Virus record (IMG/VR): IMGVR_UViG_3300017565_000001 | Location: 141,741-205,740 of that record | Reading direction: 5' to 3' (one strand) | Length of the DNA: 64,000 nucleotides | DNA from: a virus | Lineage: Duplodnaviria; Heunggongvirae; Uroviricota; Caudoviricetes | Part shown: piece by piece, positions 36,716 to 44,696 of the stretch | Layout: each line of letters starts with the position of its first letter | How positions within the stretch are numbered: position 1 is the first letter of the stretch | Notes under the pieces: model-generated | The model's database searches: none | Told to the model about the DNA's origin: nothing | What the model saw: only the letters and a program-made list of their open reading frames with translations | Translations under genes and position numbers: made by a program

Positions 36716-38956
36716 ATGAGCAATTCAAATTTCGATCCCGTTACCTTCTCAGCCATCAAGAGAAACAAACCTCTTGTTGGCGAAGCACTCCTGGTACCAA
36801 ACTCGTTTTCATCGCCTGACTATGCTGACACTGGATCAACTGTTGATCCAGATCAATTCCCCGAATTGGCCAAAGTGATCTCTCCTGATTTCTCTGGTGA
36901 AACCTGGGACATGATTGCCCTTCCCTCTGTTACTAATGGTTTGGCCCAATTGGGCAATCCACAATTGGCCTATAAGTGGGGCGGCCAATATTATCTGATC
37001 ACATCGAATGGTTACTTCTTCAAGTCAACTGACGGCACAATCGGTACATTGACTGAAGTCAAGACATATCCATTGCGCGGCCAAGTGCATGTTGACTCGT
37101 CGTTTAGTTCTGGTCAATTGGCTGTTCTTATTGGTAGTACCGTCACATTGATGGATTACAATGGTGTGTTCATTCGTTCAGGTAATGTTTCGACTGGTAC
37201 CCCTAACCGTATCCGTTATTACAACAACCAGGTATGGGCATTTATTGGGCAATATTTTTGCCAAAGCGCACCAGTATCGTCTATGAGCTTCTCATCCATC
37301 AACATCGGTGTGACGTCTGGTAACGGTGTTATGACTGACGTTGCTTGGAACGGAACATATTGGTATCTGTCGTTCCAAAGTCCAGCTGGTGGAACTGCTA
37401 CTGTCTATCGTAGTTCGAATGGTCAGGGTGGTTCAGCAAACTGGACTGCTCAAGGTGCTGGTACGACTAGCATCGCTTCTTTGGCTGTTGGTGGCACAAA
37501 CGTCATCGCAATTCCTGGTGGTACTGGTTCGACCGTTTATCGTACAACTGGTACATCATGGACAACCGTATCACTCACTGTGAGTGGATTCACTGATCGT
37601 ACGAACACCAAAACGACCGCTCTGAACAACGGCCATTGCATTATTTCGTCATACAACTATCGCATTCCACAATGTGTTTACTTTGATGGCACCACGTTTA
37701 CTGACATGACATCAGCGATCAATGGTTCGTCAACATTCTTTGGTGGATATGGTACAGCGTATGCCGCTCTTGACACTGTGATTTTTGCTGGTTCTAGCAC
37801 AACAAACAGTGGCACGATCGCAGCATCGCCAGGCCAAACCTTTGTTTGTGCATCAGATACGAAGTTTGTTTCAAACTCTGGTGTTTATCCATTGGGTATG
37901 CAATCAACAAGCTATTCCGCCCCAATTCAAATTGGTAGCGGGTTGATGGCTATGATTGCTAAAACTCCAGGTGTTGAAAACGGTGGCGTTACCAAGGCCT
38001 CACCAACATTGAGTGGCCTGCGTTCAACAGATGGCAAAAACTGGACACCATTCACGATTCAGGGTCCTAACGGTGGTACTACGCAAATCACATGGTTGAA
38101 CTTTACTGCCAATGACAACATGTTCATCTGTGGTGGCCCTGTTGTCGGTACCTCTTCATATTACGGTACAACCATGTGGATTGGCACGTCAACTGATTTG
38201 GTCAATTGGACTTGGAATTCGTCCACAACACCAACAGTCAACGCCGCGACTGGTGCGATCATCGAAGGTGTTGGTACACAAAACATTGTTTGGCGTCCTG
38301 TTGGCGGCACCACAATCTTTTATTCGACCAATCGTGGTTCAACATGGACTTCGGTAGCCCTAGCTGCTAGTGACTGGATCTGGTATGACCGCCAGAATAA
38401 AGTCCTGCACTCGTTGGCGCAAACTGGCACGACTAACATGTATTCCACTGACGGCATTACCTGGACGGCCAGCCCAACTGGCGGCGCCTCGAACCTGCAG
38501 ACTTTCAAGGCGGTAGCCACTGGTCAGAAGGTTGCTATCTTTGGTGGTAGTACCACAACGCCGTTTACTGGTTCCAAGATGCTCATGAGTACTGACGGTG
38601 GTATCAATTACGGAGTGTATGATTTGCCAGCAACAGTAGCTGTTGGTAATGCTTGGGCCGCAAATGGTATCATTGGTGTGGGCAACGTTGCCAACAACAC
38701 CTACTATTACACCAAGGACGGCACCAATTGGACCACAGTCACCTACGCTGGTTTGACTGCGTCACAGTTGTATATCGGCTCAACGGGCATCAAGACCTAT
38801 TACGATACTTCAACTAGTCTTGATGGTAAGACCACATTCATCGCTGGAAACTTGGCTAATACGACTGGTTTCCTGATGGTGTCAAAGGGTGACTTGTTCA
38901 TTCCCGCCGTTACTGAAGTGCCAAGTGGCCTCAAGTACGTCATTAGAGCAAGTTAA
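36716..38956 (+). CDS. tail fibre / beta-propeller (BNR/WD40-like repeat) protein
   Basis: repeated S.DG.NWT / STDGITWT Asp-box motifs, Thr/Gly/Ser-rich. Confidence 0.75.
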   Translation: MSNSNFDPVTFSAIKRNKPLVGEALLVPNSFSSPDYADTGSTVDPDQFPELAKVISPDFSGETWDMIALPSVTNGLAQLGNPQLAYKWGGQYYLITSNGYFFKSTDGTIGTLTEVKTYPLRGQVHVDSSFSSGQLAVLIGSTVTLMDYNGVFIRSGNVSTGTPNRIRYYNNQVWAFIGQYFCQSAPVSSMSFSSINIGVTSGNGVMTDVAWNGTYWYLSFQSPAGGTATVYRSSNGQGGSANWTAQGAGTTSIASLAVGGTNVIAIPGGTGSTVYRTTGTSWTTVSLTVSGFTDRTNTKTTALNNGHCIISSYNYRIPQCVYFDGTTFTDMTSAINGSSTFFGGYGTAYAALDTVIFAGSSTTNSGTIAASPGQTFVCASDTKFVSNSGVYPLGMQSTSYSAPIQIGSGLMAMIAKTPGVENGGVTKASPTLSGLRSTDGKNWTPFTIQGPNGGTTQITWLNFTANDNMFICGGPVVGTSSYYGTTMWIGTSTDLVNWTWNSSTTPTVNAATGAIIEGVGTQNIVWRPVGGTTIFYSTNRGSTWTSVALAASDWIWYDRQNKVLHSLAQTGTTNMYSTDGITWTASPTGGASNLQTFKAVATGQKVAIFGGSTTTPFTGSKMLMSTDGGINYGVYDLPATVAVGNAWAANGIIGVGNVANNTYYYTKDGTNWTTVTYAGLTASQLYIGSTGIKTYYDTSTSLDGKTTFIAGNLANTTGFLMVSKGDLFIPAVTEVPSGLKYVIRAS

Positions 38957-39117
38957 GTAGAGTGCAAAGGGGGTGGCAAATATTTGCCACCTTCTTCTTG
39001 ACTGGCTGGAACGCAGATACTATAGTTACGGCATGGTGCTGCAGATGCAGCGACAGAAAACAGTTGCTTGACGTACTAAATGAGTTTAGACTTGTTTGAT
39101 AAATAAAGCACTGCAAC

Positions 39118-39205
39118 GGGTGGTTGGCAGAGTGGATTATTGCACCGGTCTTGAAAACCGACGACTGTAAAAGGTCCGTGAGTTCGAATCTCACACTACC
39201 CGCCA
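39118..39205 (+). tRNA. tRNA-Ser(TGA)
   Basis: type II cloverleaf, CCA. Confidence 0.95.
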
Positions 39206-39319
39206 ATCTTCTCCTTAGTGTATCTTTCGATATATTTGGCTTTATTCTAGCGAAGAATATTGCCGTGCTAGTACACTATGGAGAAGGTTGTTCGCTCTTT
39301 AACAAAATGTGGTATTTGA

Positions 39320-39406
39320 CGCGGGCTGGTGTAATGCTAACACGCGGGGCTCATAACCCCGAGACATCTAATGCTCGTCCTGGTTCAAGTCCAGGGCCCG
39401 CTTCAA
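39320..39406 (+). tRNA. initiator-like tRNA-Met(CAT) with long variable region
   Basis: C1 mismatch, GGG/CCC pairs in the anticodon stem, 17-nt extra arm; no encoded CCA. Confidence 0.7.
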
Positions 39407-39425
39407 ATATCATATAGAAGGTTTT

Positions 39426-39480
39426 GGGATACCTACAGCAAATCACATTCATCTGCTAATATGAAACCAATGTGTATCCC
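39426..39480 (+). ncRNA. ACAGCAA-scaffold small RNA with GCT anticodon-like loop
   Basis: GGGATAC/GTATCCC closing stem; TTCAT-CTGCTAAT-ATGAA. Confidence 0.55.
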
Positions 39481-39489
39481 GTCAATTTT

Positions 39490-39551
39490 AGGATGTTTGC
39501 AGCAAATCCAATACATTTGACTTTTAATCAAACCCGTAAAAAGACATCCTG
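39490..39551 (+). ncRNA. GCAGCAA-scaffold small RNA with TTT anticodon stem-loop
   Basis: AGGATGT/ACATCCT closing stem; TTTGA-CTTTTAA-TCAAA. Confidence 0.6.
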
Positions 39552-39574
39552 TTAGTTTTCTAGTATAATTCAAT

Positions 39575-39652
39575 GGCGGAGTAGCTCAGCCCGGTAGAGC
39601 ACTGGTCTCATAAGCCAGGGGTCGATGGTTCGAATCCATCCTCTCGCAACCA
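39575..39652 (+). tRNA. tRNA-Met/Ile2(CAT)
   Basis: CTGGT-CTCATAA-GCCAG; imperfect acceptor stem; CCA. Confidence 0.8.
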
Positions 39653-39660
39653 AAATTCCC

Positions 39661-39836
39661 TTAAAGCTGAAATGACCTGTTTTCATAAAGCAGGTTGGAT
39701 TCTGCGTCTGATGGTTCTGTCAACAGGGACCGAATCATTCGTCGAGTTGTCTTCAGCTATCTGGTAGGCTACCCGGTCGTAAGGGCGGGCAAGGTGGGTT
39801 CGACCCCCGCAGGCAGCGTACAGAATCCAGCTTTAA
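39661..39836 (+). ncRNA. structured RNA with internal T-arm
   Basis: TTAAAGCTG/CAGCTTTAA and GGATTCTG/CAGAATCC enclosing stems; GTGGG-TTCGACC-CCCGC. Confidence 0.5.
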
Positions 39837-40163
39837 GTGAATTTAAGAATACCTGGTGAACGGGTTGTGTGTAGTCCCTTCGAAAGAAGACGGCTTTTAT
39901 ATTCATAGCGGGCGTTTTCAGTTGAGAACGTGTGATGATTTTGGCAAGAAAACATCACGGCATAAGCGTACAGAGTGGCCCAAACATATCGTACGCAGTT
40001 GAAGTAACCATGCGGGTTGTCTACCTTTTGGATAATCCACACCTCCAAGGATATATTAACTTTGAGTAGGCTGGGACTTTCAATTCTGTGAGTCAGGCTG
40101 AGGCGAAGTGAACGTATTCTTTGGTTATGATTCAGCCGTTGGTTGGCGTAACAACCACCCTAT

Positions 40164-40357
40164 ACGGGGATAGCTCAGAGGTAGTAGGTATGGGACTGAC
40201 TCGCGCAGTTAGTTACCGCCCGCCAATAAACTCATAGGTTCAGGCAGTCGTGGAGTTGATATCACCACAGTGGCTGGCGCTGAAATGAAAGCTTTGTTGG
40301 AAGAGCGTCGGCTTGATAAGCCGAAGGTCGGTGGTTCGAATCCATCTCCCCGTACCA
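40164..40357 (+). tRNA. tRNA-Ile(GAT) with ~118-nt insertion in the D-loop
   Basis: ACGGGGA TA GCTCAG [insert] TTGGAA GAGC, TCGGC-TTGATAA-GCCGA, T-arm, TCCCCGT A CCA. Confidence 0.8.
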
Positions 40358-40623
40358 TTGCCCTATAATCAAGCATCACTTGTGGTATTTGATTATGCGG
40401 CAAAACCCCTTGGCAGGGGTCCAGTACGTGTGGTAGGTAGAGTTTAAAACGTTATCAGACTTATGTGAGTGATATTGGCTTTTTAGCTGATACACAGGGC
40501 ATTGGGGAAACTTAATGTCAAAAGCGGCCCGGATAAAATATCGAGCACCCTCGAGGCAAGGTCTGTAACAGAAAATATACCGAGACAAAGGATATGATCG
40601 CGGGAGTAGCTACCCATTGATGA

Positions 40624-40929
40624 ATGCCCTCATCCACTGTTGCAAACTGGGCTTTAGTTTTGCCGCAACCTTATAACCACCTTATGTGCGACTGTACCAT
40701 TTGCTCACGTCATAAACGAATGAACGAAATCATGTCAAAGCTAGACCCAGAGGACCGGGAATGGCTGCAAACAATGATGGGATATTTGCTTGACATTGAA
40801 GCAGATGTGGAGTATCATAAGGCTATACTTAATGGCGCTTTGCCAAGCTCAGAAGAAATTTTGAAGAAAGCTCTTCATAAGCTTTACGCTATACGAGCAA
40901 ACAACGATCCTGTGGTCCGAGAGGCTTAG
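40624..40929 (+). CDS. hypothetical protein (likely start MCDCTIC at ~40684)
   Basis: ORF track; 3' end overlaps tRNA-Cys. Confidence 0.5.
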   Translation: MPSSTVANWALVLPQPYNHLMCDCTICSRHKRMNEIMSKLDPEDREWLQTMMGYLLDIEADVEYHKAILNGALPSSEEILKKALHKLYAIRANNDPVVREA

Positions 40930-40981
40930 GCGGCTGGCTGCAACCCAGCACACGGTGGTTCGAATCCACCCGGGATCTCCA
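40906..40981 (+). tRNA. tRNA-Cys(GCA)
   Basis: cloverleaf, U73, CCA. Confidence 0.9.
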
Positions 40982-41017
40982 AACAATAAGGGCGATGACT
41001 TAGTCATCGCCCTTCGT

Positions 41018-41515
41018 TCATACGAACAACCATTCATGTGCTCGTTTAGCAGTCCATGACGCTTGAGTATAATTGCTCACCTGCAAAATATCAGTCCACG
41101 AAGTATTGTTCAAACTGCCCTGGAAATACCAGGTATTTGGTGAATACTGGGCATAATTTGGAATTTGCGAGGTGTCACAATACAATACCGTTCGGTTGAT
41201 GGAATACACAGCACCAAGATCTACTGACAACCATTGTGGGTTCGTCGCTACGTTCGTCTGCCATCTGGGTTGGGCCAATGTGGCTGGAACTATACCATCA
41301 AAAGCACCAGAAGGGTTTCCAAAACCAGCATCGCTGGCGGTAGCGGTTCTACCTCGAGCCCTATTAACATTCGATGCATCGTATAATTCCCACTCACCAA
41401 CTGTTATGGCAGCTGATTGGTTTCTAGCCGTAATCATCATTCGATAATATCGATACGGCACAACTGGTTTGGCCCTTTTTGAAAAGTCCAACAATAGTTG
41501 GCGTCCAATCTTCAT
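41018..41515 (-). CDS. discoidin / F5-8 type C domain protein
   Basis: N.ARG.TATAS...AFDG ... PQWLSVDLG ... W.FQGS.NN..WT. Confidence 0.8.
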   Translation of the reverse strand: MKIGRQLLLDFSKRAKPVVPYRYYRMMITARNQSAAITVGEWELYDASNVNRARGRTATASDAGFGNPSGAFDGIVPATLAQPRWQTNVATNPQWLSVDLGAVYSINRTVLYCDTSQIPNYAQYSPNTWYFQGSLNNTSWTDILQVSNYTQASWTAKRAHEWLFV

Positions 41516-42003
41516 GTCAACATCTCTTTAAGGACTAGATGCGCGAAGCCTGTACTTGGCACGTTCTTAATAATCGTCCAAGTAGAATTGTTATTGGACC
41601 CTTCGATTGAAATACTCGTTGGTTGTCTACCAAAGTCGGTTGGGCACGCAATCTTCACACTGCCGATAACTTTGGATGCAGTCAGATCAACGGACCACCA
41701 GCATGATCTATTCGCATTGGGGGAATTGTTGGCGGCGCCACACCACATGCTTGTAGTCGCTGATGATATGACGCCGTCAATGGGCCCAACTATTCTGTAT
41801 GTTGCGTCATAAACGCTTGATGCGAAACATGGTGTGGTACCCAAAACACACAAATTGGATCCAGTGGTAGTGGTGCGTATTTCCACTTCACTAATAGTAG
41901 GGTACTGTCCACCAGCAAGTAATACGATTCGAACGTATCGATAAGAATTTGCCGGAGGGGCCGGCCGTTTACTCGCCAGCAAAAGTCTTTGAGAAATCGT
42001 CAT
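41512..42003 (-). CDS. discoidin / F5-8 type C domain protein (paralog)
   Basis: YRYVRI ... WWSVDL ... IEGSNNNSTWT. Confidence 0.75.
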   Translation of the reverse strand: MTISQRLLLASKRPAPPANSYRYVRIVLLAGGQYPTISEVEIRTTTTGSNLCVLGTTPCFASSVYDATYRIVGPIDGVISSATTSMWCGAANNSPNANRSCWWSVDLTASKVIGSVKIACPTDFGRQPTSISIEGSNNNSTWTIIKNVPSTGFAHLVLKEMLT

Positions 42004-42098
42004 AACGCTATAGTTGACCGTTCGATATCAAAATTGTAGTTTAATATTTATGGTGGCGCACCATACTAAATAAAATGCACACATAATTAGGCGCAAAC

Positions 42099-42581
42099 AT
42101 GAGTCAACCAACATATCAAAAACTGGCTGGAACCCTGAGCAATTCCTTCAAGGTCGGGAAGGGCGGCATCACGGTATCACAGGGAACAGATGACCCTAAT
42201 ACCGCCACAATCACAGGAAAATCTGGTGATCTGTACATTCAACGCGGATCAACTGTCAAGGTGTTTGAATATCGATCAAGCTGGGAACCATTGGGTTCCC
42301 GGGTAACGCGATCCGTCGTGACTGGTGCAACGGCAACCTTGACAAATGCCCAGCATTACGTGGGAGTTTCGTTTGACGGATCCGTAACTTTAACTTTGCC
42401 AACTGGTACCGAAGGCAAACAGTTTATCATCAAAGACGAAGGTGGATTCGTATCAGAAACGAACGTTCTGACTATTCAAGCCACATCTGGTCAACAAATA
42501 GACGGAGCCACATCATTGGACATAACCACCGCAAGGGGTAGCGTAACATTGATTTTTGGTTCTGATTGGAACGTCGTTTGA
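42099..42581 (+). CDS. virion-associated protein
   Basis: TAAATA box; V.LTLPT..G..FIIKDEGG......I.G..IDG motif. Confidence 0.65.
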   Translation: MSQPTYQKLAGTLSNSFKVGKGGITVSQGTDDPNTATITGKSGDLYIQRGSTVKVFEYRSSWEPLGSRVTRSVVTGATATLTNAQHYVGVSFDGSVTLTLPTGTEGKQFIIKDEGGFVSETNVLTIQATSGQQIDGATSLDITTARGSVTLIFGSDWNVV

Positions 42582-42738
42582 TCTGACAGTTTTCAACAAA
42601 GAGCGACTAAATTAGTCGCTCTTTTGCCATGTCAACCTCAAATAGGTATTGACTTATGAATGGCAGTCATGCACACTAAATACAAATGCAACGAGATAGA
42701 CTTGTTGCGCCACCCTCTACATAGGAATTATGTGAGCC

Positions 42739-43149
42739 ATGAATACCAAATCCAAGTACGAAACCTTTACCCAAAACTGCCACAGTGGCCGCCAACTTCT
42801 CGAAAAGCATAGCCTTAGCGAAGAAGGTTTGTGGCAAGTGTACGGCGAAGATTCAAATGCTGACTTTCATGGTTCGCATCACCAACCCCTCATCGGCACG
42901 TTCCAGGGCAAACTCCAAGACGTCATCCGCCACGCAGTGATGATGAATAGCTTCTGGCAATGGGGCGCTGGTGGCAACATCAAGAAACTTGACATCGCAA
43001 CGATCGACATGGCCCATGTCGAAGCCAAGGAAGCAGAGGAACGCGCCCTCCTTCTCGCCCAGGCCGAACAAGAACGAGCTCGTTTGCTTCAACAAATGGA
43101 ACGTGAGCGCGCCCAACTCGACGCCAAAATCAATCAACTCCGCAGATAA
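42739..43149 (+). CDS. hypothetical protein with coiled-coil C-terminus
   Basis: ORF; preceded by GATAGAC hairpin. Confidence 0.7.
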   Translation: MNTKSKYETFTQNCHSGRQLLEKHSLSEEGLWQVYGEDSNADFHGSHHQPLIGTFQGKLQDVIRHAVMMNSFWQWGAGGNIKKLDIATIDMAHVEAKEAEERALLLAQAEQERARLLQQMERERAQLDAKINQLRR

Positions 43150-43209
43150 CCGCAGTACCACGCCAGCAGATAGACTTCTGGCGTCTTTTCTCATAGGAAC
43201 TATGAAACC

Positions 43210-44283
43210 ATGTCTTACAAGCACGACACCCTCATCTACATCGGACGCTTCCAACCCTTCCATAATGCCCACCTGCAGACGATTCTGCACGCCCTGACGC
43301 TCGCTGAACGAGTGGTTGTGGTGATCGGCAGTGCCAACCAACCACGTGATGACGCCAACCCGTTCACTGCCGCGGAACGCGAGCAGATGATCACGGCTTC
43401 CCTGAAAGAAGCAGGCTACGATCTGAGAGCTCACGCCCACAAGGATCGCGTCCGTTTCACCTACGTGGAAAACACCATCTACAACAACCCCCTGTGGGCT
43501 CTGAATGTGGTAAAGGGCGTGGAAGAACACCAGGTCGGCACTGACGTCAAGCTGATCGGTCACACTAAGGATGAATCCAGCTTCTATCTGAAGATGTACC
43601 CGCAATGGGGCACGCCCATCGAAATGCCACTGGTTGAAGTTCTGGATGCGACTACCATCCGCAGCATGTACTTCAGTGACAAGTGCAATCTGAATTTCTT
43701 CAAGAGCGTTGCACCCCACGCGGTAGTGGACTTCTTGGGGACGTTCATGCAAACGGACACCTACAAGTACATCGTGGAAGAAAGCGAATACATTCGCAAC
43801 TACCGCAAGCAATTTGAACACCTCAAATATCCACCCACGTTCGTGACTGGTGATGCCGTAGTGTTCAAGGACAACCACGTGATCATGATCGAACGCCGCG
43901 CAGCGCCAGGCAAGGGCCTGATGGCTATCCCCGGTGGCTTCATGAATGCTAATACCGATCCTGACGCTATGGAAACGGCAATTCGCGAACTGTTCGAAGA
44001 AACCAAGATCAAGGTTCCCGAGAAGATCGTTCGCAAAAGCATCGTGGAAGAAAAGATCTTCAGCGCGCTCAACCGTAGCCGCCGTGGCCGTGTGATCACT
44101 ATCGCGCAATTCATCAACCTGGATGATCCGGACAATCCCGGCCTGCCCAAGTTGAAGGGCAGTGATGACGCAGTCAAGGCAGTGTGGGTTCCCCTGCACC
44201 AGATCTCACGCCAGAATTGCTTCGAGGACCACTACGACATCCTGACCTACTTCATGGGTCGATACAACAATCGCGCCCGATAA
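43210..44283 (+). CDS. nadM: bifunctional NMN adenylyltransferase / ADP-ribose pyrophosphatase (NadM-Nudix)
   Basis: IGRFQPFHNAH (HxGH-type), GSAN..NPF, PGGF......AIRELFEET Nudix box, GSDDA. Confidence 0.95.
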   Translation: MSYKHDTLIYIGRFQPFHNAHLQTILHALTLAERVVVVIGSANQPRDDANPFTAAEREQMITASLKEAGYDLRAHAHKDRVRFTYVENTIYNNPLWALNVVKGVEEHQVGTDVKLIGHTKDESSFYLKMYPQWGTPIEMPLVEVLDATTIRSMYFSDKCNLNFFKSVAPHAVVDFLGTFMQTDTYKYIVEESEYIRNYRKQFEHLKYPPTFVTGDAVVFKDNHVIMIERRAAPGKGLMAIPGGFMNANTDPDAMETAIRELFEETKIKVPEKIVRKSIVEEKIFSALNRSRRGRVITIAQFINLDDPDNPGLPKLKGSDDAVKAVWVPLHQISRQNCFEDHYDILTYFMGRYNNRAR

Positions 44284-44344
44284 AATGCTTGATTTTGTTG
44301 CCAGTTGATACCAAACTGGCAACACTTCTTCTCAAAGGACACAA

Positions 44345-44617
44345 ATGCCCTGTTATGATGGACGCGATTCGCAAGCGGCGATCGCAATTGAGCAACGCGA
44401 AGAAATCGCGTTCCTGGAAGCTGCACTTTGCGCGACCCTCCGCGCCCTGGATGCAACAGCAGCCAAACAAAAAGATCTCGTCAAGATTCTCGGTCCCTCC
44501 GATGATGGCGTGGTCAACTATCCCCTGATCGACTACGAACGCGCGGGCATTTCCAAGGAGCGCCTGCGCGAGTGGTGGAACGTTCACCGCAAGCGTGACT
44601 CGGTCACTGGTAACTGA
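44345..44617 (+). CDS. hypothetical protein
   Basis: AAGGA RBS; WW..HRK.D C-terminus. Confidence 0.65.
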   Translation: MPCYDGRDSQAAIAIEQREEIAFLEAALCATLRALDATAAKQKDLVKILGPSDDGVVNYPLIDYERAGISKERLREWWNVHRKRDSVTGN

Positions 44618-44696
44618 ACACTCATGCTGAAGATGGTCTTCAGCAGAGAACCCTCAACGGATAGACCGTTGAGCCAACTTAGATAGGGAATCTATC

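Noticed and set aside
39000-39117. Third attenuator before the Ser/Met RNA island
   Set aside because: No leader ORF with an RBS and no terminator between promoter and tRNA-Ser(TGA).
39708-39755. CTGATG...CGAA as a second hammerhead
   Set aside because: It lacks the GA of CUGANGA and the GAAA; no matching stems I and III.
40179-40296. Group I/II intron, twister or pistol identity for the D-loop insert
   Set aside because: Too short, and the conserved core elements could not be placed convincingly.
42853-44199. 448-aa minus-strand ORF (likewise 34085-35323, 8088-9071, 6133-6855, 7168-7881)
   Set aside because: Antisense shadows of strongly codon-biased plus-strand genes (NadM, vWA, TAXI, HD, PspA-like); no motifs or RBS.
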